Shown: piece after piece, positions 1-8,741 of the stretch
Numbering within the stretch: the stretch's first letter is position 1
How the letters are laid out: every line of letters starts with the position of its first letter
Source of the DNA: Cereibacter sphaeroides 2.4.1
Lineage (GTDB): Bacteria > Pseudomonadota > Alphaproteobacteria > Rhodobacterales > Rhodobacteraceae
DNA: 32,000 bases
NCBI RefSeq assembly: GCF_000012905.2
Contig: NC_007488.2
Location: 82,180-114,179, forward strand
Reading direction: 5' to 3'
Notes under the pieces: model-generated
What the model was told of the DNA's origin: nothing
The model's database searches: none
Seen by the model: only the letters and a program-made list of their open reading frames with translations
Position numbers and translations under genes: made by a program

Positions 1-473
1 ACGGCATATTTCGACACCGAATAGGGCAGGCGCAGCGGCATCCCCACGCGGCCCGCGACCGAGCCCATGTTGATGACCGCGCCCCCGCCCGCCGCACGGA
101 AGAGCGGCACGGCGGCCCGCACCATGTAGAACATCGCCGTGATGTTGACGGCGAGCGTGTCGTTCCATTCGGCGTCGGTGATCTCGTCCACGGGCCGGGT
201 GGGCCCCGAGACGCCGGCATTGTTGACGAGGATGTCGAGCCCGCCGAACCGCTCGACCAGACGGTCCACCACCTCCTGCACATCGGCCGAGCGCGCGACG
301 TCGGCCCGCAGGATCAGCGCCTCGGGCAACAGCGCCTGCGCCTCGGCGATGGCCGTCTCGGAGATGTCGCAGAGGCAGAGCTGCGCGCCCAGATCCGCGA
401 AGCGGCGGGCGATGGCGAGGCCGATGCCTCCTGCGCCCGCGGTGATGAGGGCGGTCTTTCCGGTCAGGTCCAT
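1..473 (-). CDS. Short-chain dehydrogenase/reductase (SDR), partial: N-terminal ~157 aa only, C-terminus lies beyond the window start
   Basis: Reverse-complement translation from ATG (473-471) reads MDLTGKTALITAGAGGIGLAIARRF (TGxxxGxG Rossmann motif), then ...LVNNAGV..., then ...YSVSKYA (YxxxK). It is absent from the ORF track because it is open at the window edge. Its start lies 3 nt after the stop of the upstream GntR gene (477). Confidence 0.85.
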   Translation of the reverse strand, partial: MDLTGKTALITAGAGGIGLAIARRFADLGAQLCLCDISETAIAEAQALLPEALILRADVARSADVQEVVDRLVERFGGLDILVNNAGVSGPTRPVDEITDAEWNDTLAVNITAMFYMVRAAVPLFRAAGGGAVINMGSVAGRVGMPLRLPYSVSKYA

Positions 474-476
474 GGC

Positions 477-1223
477 TCAGCTCTCGCTCGGTTCGGCCCG
501 GCGCCGGCCGCGCCGCGGCGTGGCGGCGGCCGGAGGCGTGGCCTCGTTGATGACATCCACGTTCCGGCGGAAGTAGCGGGCCGAATGCCAGATGTCGCCG
601 GCGATGGCGCGGGCCGCCGCCGTGGGGGTGCCGCGCTCGCAGGCGGCGATGATCCGTTCGTGAAAGAGGGTGCCCGCGCGCAGGAAGGGCGTCGGATTGT
701 CGAGCTTGCGGTGGGCGTTCATCAGATAGGGCCCGGCGCGGAGCCACAGCCCGTTGATGATGTCGAGAAGCTGCGGCATCTCGGCGCTCTCGTAGAGCGT
801 GAAATGGAAGGCGCGGTTGGCGGTCATCACCGCAGTGGGCACGCCCTCCTCGACGCCCGCCTTCATCTCGAGATTGATCTCGCGCAGGCGGGCGATGGTC
901 TCGGGCGTGATGCGCCGCACCGCCTGATTGGCGGCCAGCCCCTCGACCGCCATCCGCACCCGCATCAGCTCGCGGAACATGGCGGCGGTGAAGGGGGTCA
1001 CGCAGAAGGTGCGGTTCGGCAGCTGCGTCAGCGCATGCTCCGCCACGAGCCGCTGCAGCGCCTCGCGCACGGGCATCGGGCTCGTGCCCAGCATGGCGGC
1101 CAGATTGCGGATCGTGAGGCTCTCGCCCGGCAGCAGCTTGCCCGTGAACAGCGCCTCGCGGAGGCGGTTGTAGACCTGAAGCTGGATCGTCACCGATTCG
1201 ATCTGACCGAGATCTGCCGTCAT
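477..1223 (-). CDS. GntR-family transcriptional regulator (FadR/FCD-like C-terminal half)
   Basis: 248-aa ORF with an N-terminal winged-HTH signature: LLPGESLTIRNLAAMLGTSPMPVREALQRLVAEHAL. The C-terminal half is helical. It is divergent from the operon starting at 1396 and tightly followed by the SDR at 473. Confidence 0.85.
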   Translation of the reverse strand: MTADLGQIESVTIQLQVYNRLREALFTGKLLPGESLTIRNLAAMLGTSPMPVREALQRLVAEHALTQLPNRTFCVTPFTAAMFRELMRVRMAVEGLAANQAVRRITPETIARLREINLEMKAGVEEGVPTAVMTANRAFHFTLYESAEMPQLLDIINGLWLRAGPYLMNAHRKLDNPTPFLRAGTLFHERIIAACERGTPTAAARAIAGDIWHSARYFRRNVDVINEATPPAAATPRRGRRRAEPSES

Positions 1224-1294
1224 GCTTCCCCACCCCTCACGCCGGGTCCCGGTGCCCGCTCCGACTCATCGATAGCACAAAGTTCCCGTGTCGC

Positions 1295-1319
1295 AAATTG
1301 AGATCACAGATCACGATTT
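1295..1319. promoter_or_regulatory. Candidate operator in the divergent GntR/operon promoter region: tandem AGATCAC inside an imperfect 25-bp dyad
   Basis: The sequence AAATTGAGATCACAGATCACGATTT has AAAT..ATTT flanks, two GATC cores and about 18/25 symmetric positions by eye. It sits in the only AT-richer stretch between the divergent starts at 1223 and 1396. TTGACC at 1323-1328 is a possible -35. Confidence 0.3.
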
Positions 1320-1395
1320 TGGTTGACCCACGCCCGGGAAGCGGGAAGGGTGGCAGCGGGAGACGACGGTAAGCGGCTTGGGAGGGCCTCACTTC

Positions 1396-2331
1396 ATGTC
1401 GGTGGGAGTGATTGGAACCGGCTTCGTCGGCCGGGGCTGGGCGATCTGCCTTGCCCGGGCCGGCCACGAGGTCCGGCTGTGGGATCCGGCGCCCGACGCC
1501 GCCGAGGCCGCCCGCACCTATATCGCCGAGATGCTGCCGGATCTGGCGGCCGCGGACCTGCTGGGCGGCCGCGCCCCGGACGCGGTGCTGGAGCGGATCC
1601 GCGTCGCCCCGGACATGGCCACCGCCGTCCGCGGCGCCCGCCACATTCAGGAAAGCGCCCCCGAGGATCTGCTTCTGAAGACCGCGCTCTTCGCCGAGCT
1701 CGACGCTCTGGCCGATCCCGGCGCGGTGATCGCAAGCTCCTCCTCGGCGCTTCTGCCTTCGGCCTTCACCGAGGGGCTGGCAGGGGCGGGCCGCTGCCTC
1801 GTCGCCCATCCGGTCAATCCGCCGCACCTCATTCCGCTGGTCGAGCTGGTGCCGGCGCCGTGGACCGACGAGGAGACGCTGGCCCGGACCGAGACGCTCA
1901 TGCGCGAGATCGGCCAGAGCCCGGTGCGGCTCGAGCGCGAGGTGGACGGCTTCCTGCTGAACCGGATCCAGGCCGCGGTGCTCGACGAGGCCTTCCGGCT
2001 GGTCGATGCGGGCCTCGCCTCGGCCGATGCGGTGGATGCCTGCCTCCGCGACGGTCTGGCGCTGCGCTGGGTCTTCATGGGGCCGTTCGAGACCATCGAC
2101 CTCAACGCGCCCGAGGGCGTGCGCGACTATGTCGCCCGCTACCAGCCGATGTTCCGCAGGCTCACCGACACGATGCGGGAAAGCGCCGACTGGTCCGGCC
2201 CGGTGCTCGACCGGATCGAGGCCGACCGCCGCGCGCGCCTGCCGCAGGAGGCGCTGCGCGCCCGGCAGATGTGGCGCGACCGCCGGCTGATGGCGCTCGC
2301 CGCCTTCCGCCGCCAATCCCTGCAATCCTAG
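1396..2331 (+). CDS. NAD-dependent 3-hydroxyacyl-CoA dehydrogenase-family enzyme (L-carnitine dehydrogenase / L-gulonate 3-dehydrogenase-like)
   Basis: Motifs: MSVGVIGTGFVGRGWA Rossmann motif, ESAPEDLLLK, HPVNPPHLIPLVELV, and a C-terminal helical 3HCDH-like part. GGGAGGG Shine-Dalgarno lies ~8 nt before ATG 1396. The track start at 1378 is an in-frame alternative. Confidence 0.85.
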   Translation: MSVGVIGTGFVGRGWAICLARAGHEVRLWDPAPDAAEAARTYIAEMLPDLAAADLLGGRAPDAVLERIRVAPDMATAVRGARHIQESAPEDLLLKTALFAELDALADPGAVIASSSSALLPSAFTEGLAGAGRCLVAHPVNPPHLIPLVELVPAPWTDEETLARTETLMREIGQSPVRLEREVDGFLLNRIQAAVLDEAFRLVDAGLASADAVDACLRDGLALRWVFMGPFETIDLNAPEGVRDYVARYQPMFRRLTDTMRESADWSGPVLDRIEADRRARLPQEALRARQMWRDRRLMALAAFRRQSLQS

Positions 2332-2340
2332 GAGCCCCGC

Positions 2341-3273
2341 ATGGCCAAGCCCGATCCGGTCATCATCACCTGCGCCGTGACAGGCGGCATCCATACGCCG
2401 TCCATGTCGCCGCACCTGCCTATCACGCCCGACGAGATCGTGGCCGACGCGCTCGGCGCGGCCGAAGCCGGCGCCTCGATCCTGCATCTGCATGCCCGCA
2501 ACCCCGAGGACGGCCGCCCCGACCAGACGGTCGAGGGCTTCATGCGCTTCCTGCCGCGGCTGAAGCAGGCCACGAACGCCGTCATCAACCTGACCTCGGG
2601 CGGCTCGCCGCACATGAAGCTCGAGGAGCGGGTGAAGCCCGCGGCCCAGCTGAAGCCCGAGGTGGCCTCGCTCAACATGGGCTCGATGAACTTCGGCCTC
2701 TTCCCGCTGATCGAGCGCTACCCGGACCTGAAATACGACTGGGAGCGCACGCATTTCGAGGCGACGCGGGATGTGGTGTTCCGCAACACCTTCAAGGATA
2801 TCGAATATATCCTCACCTCCTGCTCGGCCAACGGCACGCGCTTCGAGTTCGAGTGCTACGACATCTCGCATCTCTACAATCTCGCGCATTTCGTGGACCG
2901 CGGCCTCGTGAAGCCGCCGTTCTTCGTCCAGTCGGTCTTCGGGATCCTCGGCGGCATCGGCACCCATCCCGAGGATGTGGCGCACATGAAGCGGACGGCC
3001 GACCGGCTGTTCGGGTCCGATTACCGCTGGTCGGTGCTGGGCGCGGGCTCGGCGCAGCTGCGCATCGTGGCGCAGGCCGCGGCCATGGGCGGCAACGTGC
3101 GGGTGGGGCTCGAGGATTCGCTCTGGGCCGGCCGCGGACGGCTCGCCACCTCGAGCGCCGAGCAGGTGCGCCTTGCGCGCAAGATCATCGAGGGTCTGGG
3201 GCTCGAAGTGGCCAGCCCCGACGAGGCGCGCCGGATGCTCGCGCTGAAGGGCGGAGCCGACGTCGGCTTCTGA
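2341..3273 (+). CDS. BKACE-family (DUF849) beta-keto acid cleavage enzyme
   Basis: 310 aa with family hallmarks: VIITCAVTGG, ASILHLHARNPEDGRP, INLTSGG, SLNMGSMNFG. It starts 9 nt after the dehydrogenase stop. Confidence 0.85.
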   Translation: MAKPDPVIITCAVTGGIHTPSMSPHLPITPDEIVADALGAAEAGASILHLHARNPEDGRPDQTVEGFMRFLPRLKQATNAVINLTSGGSPHMKLEERVKPAAQLKPEVASLNMGSMNFGLFPLIERYPDLKYDWERTHFEATRDVVFRNTFKDIEYILTSCSANGTRFEFECYDISHLYNLAHFVDRGLVKPPFFVQSVFGILGGIGTHPEDVAHMKRTADRLFGSDYRWSVLGAGSAQLRIVAQAAAMGGNVRVGLEDSLWAGRGRLATSSAEQVRLARKIIEGLGLEVASPDEARRMLALKGGADVGF

Positions 3274-3335
3274 AAGCACGTCATCGCATGTGAGGCCGGC
3301 CCTGCCGCCTCACCGTCAAGGGGGAGGAAACGCTC

Positions 3336-4589
3336 ATGAAAAGAAGAACCGTTCTGAAGAGCTTCGCCGGAGCCGCCGCGCTTCTGGGGATGAACGCCAC
3401 CTACCTGCGCGCCCAGTCGGGGCCGATCCGCGTCGGCGCGGCCTTCGCGCTGAGCGGGGTGGGGGCGCCCGTGGGCAAGCAGATGCTGGCCGGGACCGAA
3501 GTGGCGGCCATGCAGATCAACAAGGCCGGAGGCCTCCTCGGCCGCGAGGTCGAGCTCGTGATCCGCGACGACAAATACAACAGCTCGGAATCGGTCGCCG
3601 TGGCGCGCGAGCTGGCGGGCGACGGGATCAACCTCCTGCTCGGCGGCTCGCAGACGGTGACGGCGCTCGGCCTCGCCCCGCTCGCGCCCGAGCTGAACAT
3701 GGCGGTCATGATCGTCGCGGCCGCGGGGATGCCCGTCACGCACGAGCTCTTCAACCCCAACATCTTCCGGGCCACGGCCAACAACTACACGCAATACAGC
3801 TCGCTCGGCCGGGTGCTGATCGAGCAGAACCCCGACGTCCGCACCTGGGTGTCGCTCGCCCCCGACGGCGACTTCGGGCGCGACTCGGCGCTCTTCTTCG
3901 GCAAGGCCGTCGAGAAATATGCGCCGGGCGAGAAGCCCACCGTGCTCGACACGATCTATACCCAGGCCACCGCCACCGACTTCCGCACCCAGATCAACCA
4001 GCTCATGAGCTCGGACGCCGAGGGGCTCTATATCGGCATCGCGGCCTCGGCGCAGATCAGCTTCTTCCAGCAGGCGCGCAGCGTCGGCCTCTACGACAAG
4101 TTCAAGGCCATCGGCGAGGTGGGCAACGGCGACATCACCGGCAAGGCGATGGGGCGCAACACGCACCCGAACCTCTGGTCGGTCTGCCACTGGATCTACA
4201 ATGCCGAGCCCTTCGCGAGCAATCCGGTCAGCAAGCAGCTCTACGAGGATTATGTGACGCTGAAGGGCGACGAGATGCCCTCGGCGCAGGTGGCGGCGGG
4301 CCATCGCGCGGCCATGGCGATCTTCGAGGGCATCCGCGCCGCGGGCTCGACCGAGACCGAGGCGGTTCTCGCGGCCATCGAGGATGTGGAATTCGAGACG
4401 GTGGGCGGCCCGGTCAGCTTCCGCAAGGAAGACCACCAGCTGGTGAACACCAACTACTATTCCCAGATGGGGCCGTCGCGCGAAGAGCCCTTCTTCGCCT
4501 TCAACAAGGTGGTGAGCATCGACGCGGCCGAGATGATCGAGCCCGCCACGCCCGGCAAGGCGTTCGACATCTCCGAGCTGCCGCAATGA
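3336..4589 (+). CDS. ABC transporter substrate-binding protein, Leu/Ile/Val (LivK/LivJ)-type, with a twin-arginine-like signal peptide
   Basis: 417 aa. The N-terminus is MKRRTVLKSFAGAAALLG. IRVGAAFALSGVGAPVGKQMLAGTEVAAMQINKAGGLLGREVELVIRDDK is typical of type-I periplasmic binding proteins of the branched-chain amino-acid family. Confidence 0.85.
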   Translation: MKRRTVLKSFAGAAALLGMNATYLRAQSGPIRVGAAFALSGVGAPVGKQMLAGTEVAAMQINKAGGLLGREVELVIRDDKYNSSESVAVARELAGDGINLLLGGSQTVTALGLAPLAPELNMAVMIVAAAGMPVTHELFNPNIFRATANNYTQYSSLGRVLIEQNPDVRTWVSLAPDGDFGRDSALFFGKAVEKYAPGEKPTVLDTIYTQATATDFRTQINQLMSSDAEGLYIGIAASAQISFFQQARSVGLYDKFKAIGEVGNGDITGKAMGRNTHPNLWSVCHWIYNAEPFASNPVSKQLYEDYVTLKGDEMPSAQVAAGHRAAMAIFEGIRAAGSTETEAVLAAIEDVEFETVGGPVSFRKEDHQLVNTNYYSQMGPSREEPFFAFNKVVSIDAAEMIEPATPGKAFDISELPQ

Positions 4590-5467
4590 GCTCGCAGGCC
4601 GTCTTCGTCCTGTTCAACGGCATGGCGCAGGGGATGGCCTTCTTCCTCGTCGCGGCGGGCCTGACCTGGGTGTTCGGGATCCTCAAGATCCTGAACCTTG
4701 CCCACGGCGCCTTCTTCATGCTGGGCGCCTATATCGCCTACAGCGTGGGCGGCGCCTGGCCTGCCTCGATCTGGACCTTCCTCGCCGTGGCGCTCGTCGC
4801 CGCGGCGGCGGTGGGGGTGCTCGGCTATCTGACCGATGTGCTGGTGCTGCGCCGGCTGCGCAACGTCGACTACCATTATGCGCTGATCGCGACCTTCGGG
4901 CTCATGCTCTTCTGCGAGGGGGTGGCGAAGGCCATCTGGGGCACCGACTATTTCGCCGTCATGCCCCCGCCCGAGGTCGACCGCGCCATCGTCGTCGGCG
5001 GCTCCTACATCTCGGTCTATACGCTCTTCGTGATCGGCACGGGGCTCGTGCTCTATGCCGCGCTCGAGATCGTCATGCACCGCACCTGGGCCGGAAAGAT
5101 CATGCGCGCGGTCTCGAACGATCCCTGGATGGCCGGAACGGTGGGCATCAACGTGCCGCTCGTCCTGATGCTGTCGGTGGTGGCGAGCTTCGTGCTGGCG
5201 GGCTTTGCGGGCGGCGTCCTCGTGCCGAACCAGGCGCTGTCGCCGCATGTGGGTGCCTCGTTCGTGCTCTATGCCTTCATGGCGGTGGTGATCGGCGGGC
5301 TCGGCAGCATCCGCGGCACCTTCCTCGCCTGCATCCTCCTCGGCATCGTCGAGAGCGCCAACGCCACCTTCATGGCGCAGTATGGCGGGATCGCGATCTA
5401 CATCCTCCTCGCCGTCGCGCTCGTGTGGAAACCGAACGGCCTCTTCCCCGCACAAGGAACGACCTGA
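4586..5467 (+). CDS. ABC transporter permease, LivH-like
   Basis: The internal ATG at 4586 overlaps the SBP stop (ATGA). The product is hydrophobic: MSSQAVFVLFNGMAQGMAFFLVAAGLTWVFGILKILNLAHGAFFMLGAY. The upstream part of track ORF 3290..5467 is a shadow frame over the SBP gene. Confidence 0.85.
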   Translation: MSSQAVFVLFNGMAQGMAFFLVAAGLTWVFGILKILNLAHGAFFMLGAYIAYSVGGAWPASIWTFLAVALVAAAAVGVLGYLTDVLVLRRLRNVDYHYALIATFGLMLFCEGVAKAIWGTDYFAVMPPPEVDRAIVVGGSYISVYTLFVIGTGLVLYAALEIVMHRTWAGKIMRAVSNDPWMAGTVGINVPLVLMLSVVASFVLAGFAGGVLVPNQALSPHVGASFVLYAFMAVVIGGLGSIRGTFLACILLGIVESANATFMAQYGGIAIYILLAVALVWKPNGLFPAQGTT

Positions 5468-6480
5468 TGTCTGAAGCCTCCCTCGCCTCGGCAGAGGGCC
5501 GGCGGAGCGGCACCGAGACGCGTCTCGGGCTCCTGTGCCTGGCCGTGCTGGTGGTCCTGCTGTTTCTCGCGCCGGGCCTCGTGAACCCGGGCATCCTCTT
5601 CGTCATCGGCATGACGCTGATCCAGGCGGTCTTCGCTTTGTCCTGGAACCTGCTCTTCGGCTTCACCGGGCTTGCGAGCTTCGGCCATGCCGGCTTCTTC
5701 GCCATCGGCGCCTATTTCACCGGGGCGGCGCTGCGCTACGATTTCCACCTGCCGTTCCTCGCCGTGCTGGCGGTGGCGGGCCTTCTCGGCGCGCTGGTGG
5801 CGCTGGCCATCGGGGTCGTGGCGCTGAAGCGGCTGACGGGGATCTTCCTCGCGGTTCTGACCGTGGCGCTGACCGAGGCCATGGCCAAGATCATCGGCTT
5901 CTCGCCCGCGCTCGGAGAGCAGGACGGGCTGGGCAACATCCCCCGCCCGGTGATCGAGATGGGCCTGTTCCAGATCGACCTCACCCACGGCGACGACTAT
6001 TACCGCTTCCTCGTCGTGGCCACCGTCCTCATCGTGGCGGCGCTCTGGTGGGTGGTCCATTCGCGCCTCGGCCGCACCTTCCGCGCGATCCGCGAGGATG
6101 CCGACCGCGCCCGCTTCGTGGGCATCGACGTGGCGCGCTACCGGGTGATCTCCTTCATGATCTCGGGCGGCACCGCGGCGCTCGCGGGCGCGCTCTCGGC
6201 GCCGCTGACCCGGATCGTGACGCTCGATCAGGTGAACTGGCTCGCCTCGACCCAGCCGATCCTGAACTCGCTTCTGGGCGGCTTCACCTCGTTCTGGGGG
6301 CCGATCGTGGGCTCGGCGGCCTTCAGCACGATCAACTACTTCACCCGCGGCTTCCCGGGCCTGTCCGAGATCATGGTGGGCGGCATCCTCGTCGTCGTGA
6401 TCCTCGTGGCGCCCACGGGCATCCTCGGGCTTCTGGGCAAGCTGCGCCGGAGCGCGCTCGGCAAAGGAGGCCGCAAATGA
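5467..6480 (+). CDS. ABC transporter permease, LivM-like
   Basis: ATG 5467 overlaps the LivH-like stop (TGATG). The product is a multi-span hydrophobic protein containing SWNLLFGFTGLASFGHAGFFAIGAY. The track start at 5425 is an in-frame alternative. Confidence 0.8.
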   Translation: MSEASLASAEGRRSGTETRLGLLCLAVLVVLLFLAPGLVNPGILFVIGMTLIQAVFALSWNLLFGFTGLASFGHAGFFAIGAYFTGAALRYDFHLPFLAVLAVAGLLGALVALAIGVVALKRLTGIFLAVLTVALTEAMAKIIGFSPALGEQDGLGNIPRPVIEMGLFQIDLTHGDDYYRFLVVATVLIVAALWWVVHSRLGRTFRAIREDADRARFVGIDVARYRVISFMISGGTAALAGALSAPLTRIVTLDQVNWLASTQPILNSLLGGFTSFWGPIVGSAAFSTINYFTRGFPGLSEIMVGGILVVVILVAPTGILGLLGKLRRSALGKGGRK

Positions 6481-7259
6481 CCGGCACCCCCCTCCTGACC
6501 GCCACCGACCTGCGCGTGAGCTACGGCGCCTTCCATGTCATCAAGGGCGTGAGCCTCTCGGTGAATGCAGGCGACGCGCTGGCCATCATCGGCCCGAACG
6601 GGGCGGGCAAGTCCACGCTCTTCAAGGCGCTGACCGGTGAGATCTCCTGCCGGAGCGGCGAGGTGCGCTTCCGCGGCAAGGACGTGACCGCGCTGCCCGC
6701 CCATCTGCGCACCGCCGAAGGCATGGGCCGCACCTTCCAGGTCTCGCGGGTGTTCCTCGAACTGACCGCGCTCGCCAATGTGATCGTGGCGCTCGAATCC
6801 CGCCAGCGCTGCAAGAAGCGGGGGCAGGGGCGCTGGTGGCGCGCGGCCCCCGAGCCCGCGCTGGTGGAGGAGGCGGGGCATCTCTTGTCGCAGCTGGGCA
6901 TCGCTCATCTGCGCCACGAGGTGGCCGCCACCATCTCGCACGGCGACCGCAAGCGGCTGGAGCTTGCCCTCGCGCTCGCGCTCGACCCGCTGATCCTCAT
7001 GCTCGACGAGCCCACCGCCGGCATGGCCCCCGCCGACCGGATGCATATCGTCGATCTGATCCTCTCCATCCGCGCCGAGAAGGGCGTGGCCGTCATCATG
7101 ACCGAGCACGACATGGACGTGATCTTCTCGATCTCCGAGCAGGTGATGGTGCTGAACTATGGCGAGGTGATCGCCGCCGGCACCGTGGACGAGGTGCGCA
7201 ACAGCCAGACCGTGCGCGAGGTCTATCTGGGCAAGGACATGTATCATGCTGAAGGTTGA
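6477..7259 (+). CDS. ABC transporter ATP-binding protein, LivG-like
   Basis: ATG 6477 overlaps the permease stop (ATGA). Walker A is GPNGAGKST and Walker B is LILMLDEPTAGM. The ending NSQTVREVYLG is typical of LivG-type proteins. Confidence 0.9.
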   Translation: MTGTPLLTATDLRVSYGAFHVIKGVSLSVNAGDALAIIGPNGAGKSTLFKALTGEISCRSGEVRFRGKDVTALPAHLRTAEGMGRTFQVSRVFLELTALANVIVALESRQRCKKRGQGRWWRAAPEPALVEEAGHLLSQLGIAHLRHEVAATISHGDRKRLELALALALDPLILMLDEPTAGMAPADRMHIVDLILSIRAEKGVAVIMTEHDMDVIFSISEQVMVLNYGEVIAAGTVDEVRNSQTVREVYLGKDMYHAEG

Positions 7260-7953
7260 GCGGCTGGATGCCTTTTACGGCCAGAGCCACATCCTGCACG
7301 GGATCGACCTGTCGGTGGACGAGGGCCGGCGCACGACCGTGCTGGGCCGCAACGGGGCGGGCAAGTCCACGCTCCTGAAATCCATCACCAATTCCGGGCC
7401 GAAGGTCGAGGGCAGCGTCTCGCTTCAGGGCCGCCCGCTCGGCAGCCGCGCCTGGTTCCGCCGCGCCAAGGACGGCGTGGCCTTCGTGCCCGAGGACCGG
7501 CGCATCTTCACCCACATCACGGTGGAGGAGAATATCGAGCTCGGCCGGTTCGGCGCCACGGCCGCGCGCCCGGTGGTGCCGGCGGCCCAGATCTACGAGT
7601 GGTTCCCCATGCTCGGGCCGCTCCGCGCGCGCCTCGGCGGCCAGCTCAGCGGCGGGCAGCAGCAGATGCTGGCCGTGGCCCGCGCGGTGGCCGCGCGGCC
7701 GCGGCTCCTGCTCCTCGACGAGCCGACCGAGGGGCTCGCCCCCGTCATCGTCGAGGATCTGGCCAAGATCGTGGCCCGGATCTGCGACGAGCTGGGCATC
7801 ACCCTGCTTCTCGTCGAGCAGAACATCTGGTTCGGCCGCCAGACGACCGACCGGGTCTATGTGCTCGACACCGGCTCCGTCGTCTTCTCGGGCTCCTGGG
7901 CCGAGTTCGACCGGGACGAAACCATCCGCAACCGCCATCTGGCGCTTGCCTGA
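7246..7953 (+). CDS. ABC transporter ATP-binding protein, LivF-like
   Basis: Walker A GRNGAGKST, signature LSGGQQQMLAVA, Walker B LLLLDEPTEGLAP. It overlaps the preceding ATPase gene by 14 nt. Confidence 0.9.
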   Translation: MLKVERLDAFYGQSHILHGIDLSVDEGRRTTVLGRNGAGKSTLLKSITNSGPKVEGSVSLQGRPLGSRAWFRRAKDGVAFVPEDRRIFTHITVEENIELGRFGATAARPVVPAAQIYEWFPMLGPLRARLGGQLSGGQQQMLAVARAVAARPRLLLLDEPTEGLAPVIVEDLAKIVARICDELGITLLLVEQNIWFGRQTTDRVYVLDTGSVVFSGSWAEFDRDETIRNRHLALA

Positions 7954-7975
7954 CACATCTCTGGGAGGAGACATC

Positions 7976-8731
7976 ATGACCAGGTTCGAAGGACGGACCG
8001 CGCTCGTCACCGGCGGCGCGAACGGGATCGGCCGTGCCAGCGCGATCGCATTCGCCGAGCAGGGCGCCCGCGTGGGCATCCTCGACATCGAGGAGGGCCC
8101 GCTGGCCGAGACCGCCGAGGCGATCCGCGCCAAGGGCGGGCGCGTGGTGACCGTCGTCACCGACATGCGCGACCGCGCAGCCGTCAAGGCCGCCATCGGT
8201 CAGGTCGAGGCCGAACTCGGGCCGATCGACCTCCTCCTCAACAACGTGGGTCAGACCGCGCGCAAGAATGCCTCGGAATTCCTCGATTCCGTGCCCGAGA
8301 CCTGGGACTTCGTGGTGGATCTGAACCTCATGGTGACCTTCTACGTCACCTGGACGGTCGCCAAGGGCATGAAGGAGCGCGGCTTCGGCCGCATCGTGAA
8401 CATCTCGTCGGATTCGACCCTCGTGGGCGAGCGCAGCATCGTCGACTATGTCGCGGCGAAATCGGGCGTCTCGGGCTTCACCCGCGGGCTTGCGCGCGAA
8501 CTCGCGCCCTTCGGCATCACCGTGAATGCGGTCGCCCCCGGCGTGACCAACACCCGCGGCCCGAAGCAGCTGCCGAAGGAAGTCTACGATGCGGCGCTGG
8601 CCGAGATCCCGCTCGGCCATCTGGCCGAGCCCGAGGATATCGCCAATGCGATCACCTTCCTCGCCAGCCAGGAGGCGCGCTGCATCACCGGACAGATGCT
8701 GACCGTCAACGGCGGCCGGATCTTCTACTGA
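7976..8731 (+). CDS. Short-chain dehydrogenase/reductase (FabG-like SDR)
   Basis: The internal ATG at 7976 is preceded by GGGAGGAG. Motifs: TALVTGGANGIGRA, LLNNVG, YVAAKSG. The upstream part of track ORF 7859.. lies over the end of the LivF-like gene. Confidence 0.9.
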   Translation: MTRFEGRTALVTGGANGIGRASAIAFAEQGARVGILDIEEGPLAETAEAIRAKGGRVVTVVTDMRDRAAVKAAIGQVEAELGPIDLLLNNVGQTARKNASEFLDSVPETWDFVVDLNLMVTFYVTWTVAKGMKERGFGRIVNISSDSTLVGERSIVDYVAAKSGVSGFTRGLARELAPFGITVNAVAPGVTNTRGPKQLPKEVYDAALAEIPLGHLAEPEDIANAITFLASQEARCITGQMLTVNGGRIFY

Positions 8732-8741
8732 GGGGCGCGAG

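Noticed and set aside
139-576. 145-aa plus-strand ORF at the left edge
   Set aside because: It is antisense to the partial SDR, whose Rossmann, NNAG and YxxxK motifs read cleanly on the minus strand. The translation is Ser/Arg/Ala-rich with no features.
1237-3279. 680-aa minus-strand ORF, and the 656-aa plus-strand ORF 1323..3293, spanning the dehydrogenase and BKACE genes
   Set aside because: Both are Arg/Ala/Gly/Pro/His-rich low-complexity translations, antisense to or frame-shifted against two genes with clear family motifs. These are typical shadow ORFs of very GC-rich DNA. No recognisable domain is present.
3021-4586. 521-aa minus-strand ORF antisense to the Liv-type SBP gene; also 4457..5455(-), 5398..6060(-), 6336..7247(-), 7096..8196(-), 7799..8752(-), 8706..9587(-)
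   Set aside because: All lie opposite strongly supported transporter, SDR or hydrolase genes. They have R/G/A/D/H-rich composition with no motifs and no plausible operon logic.
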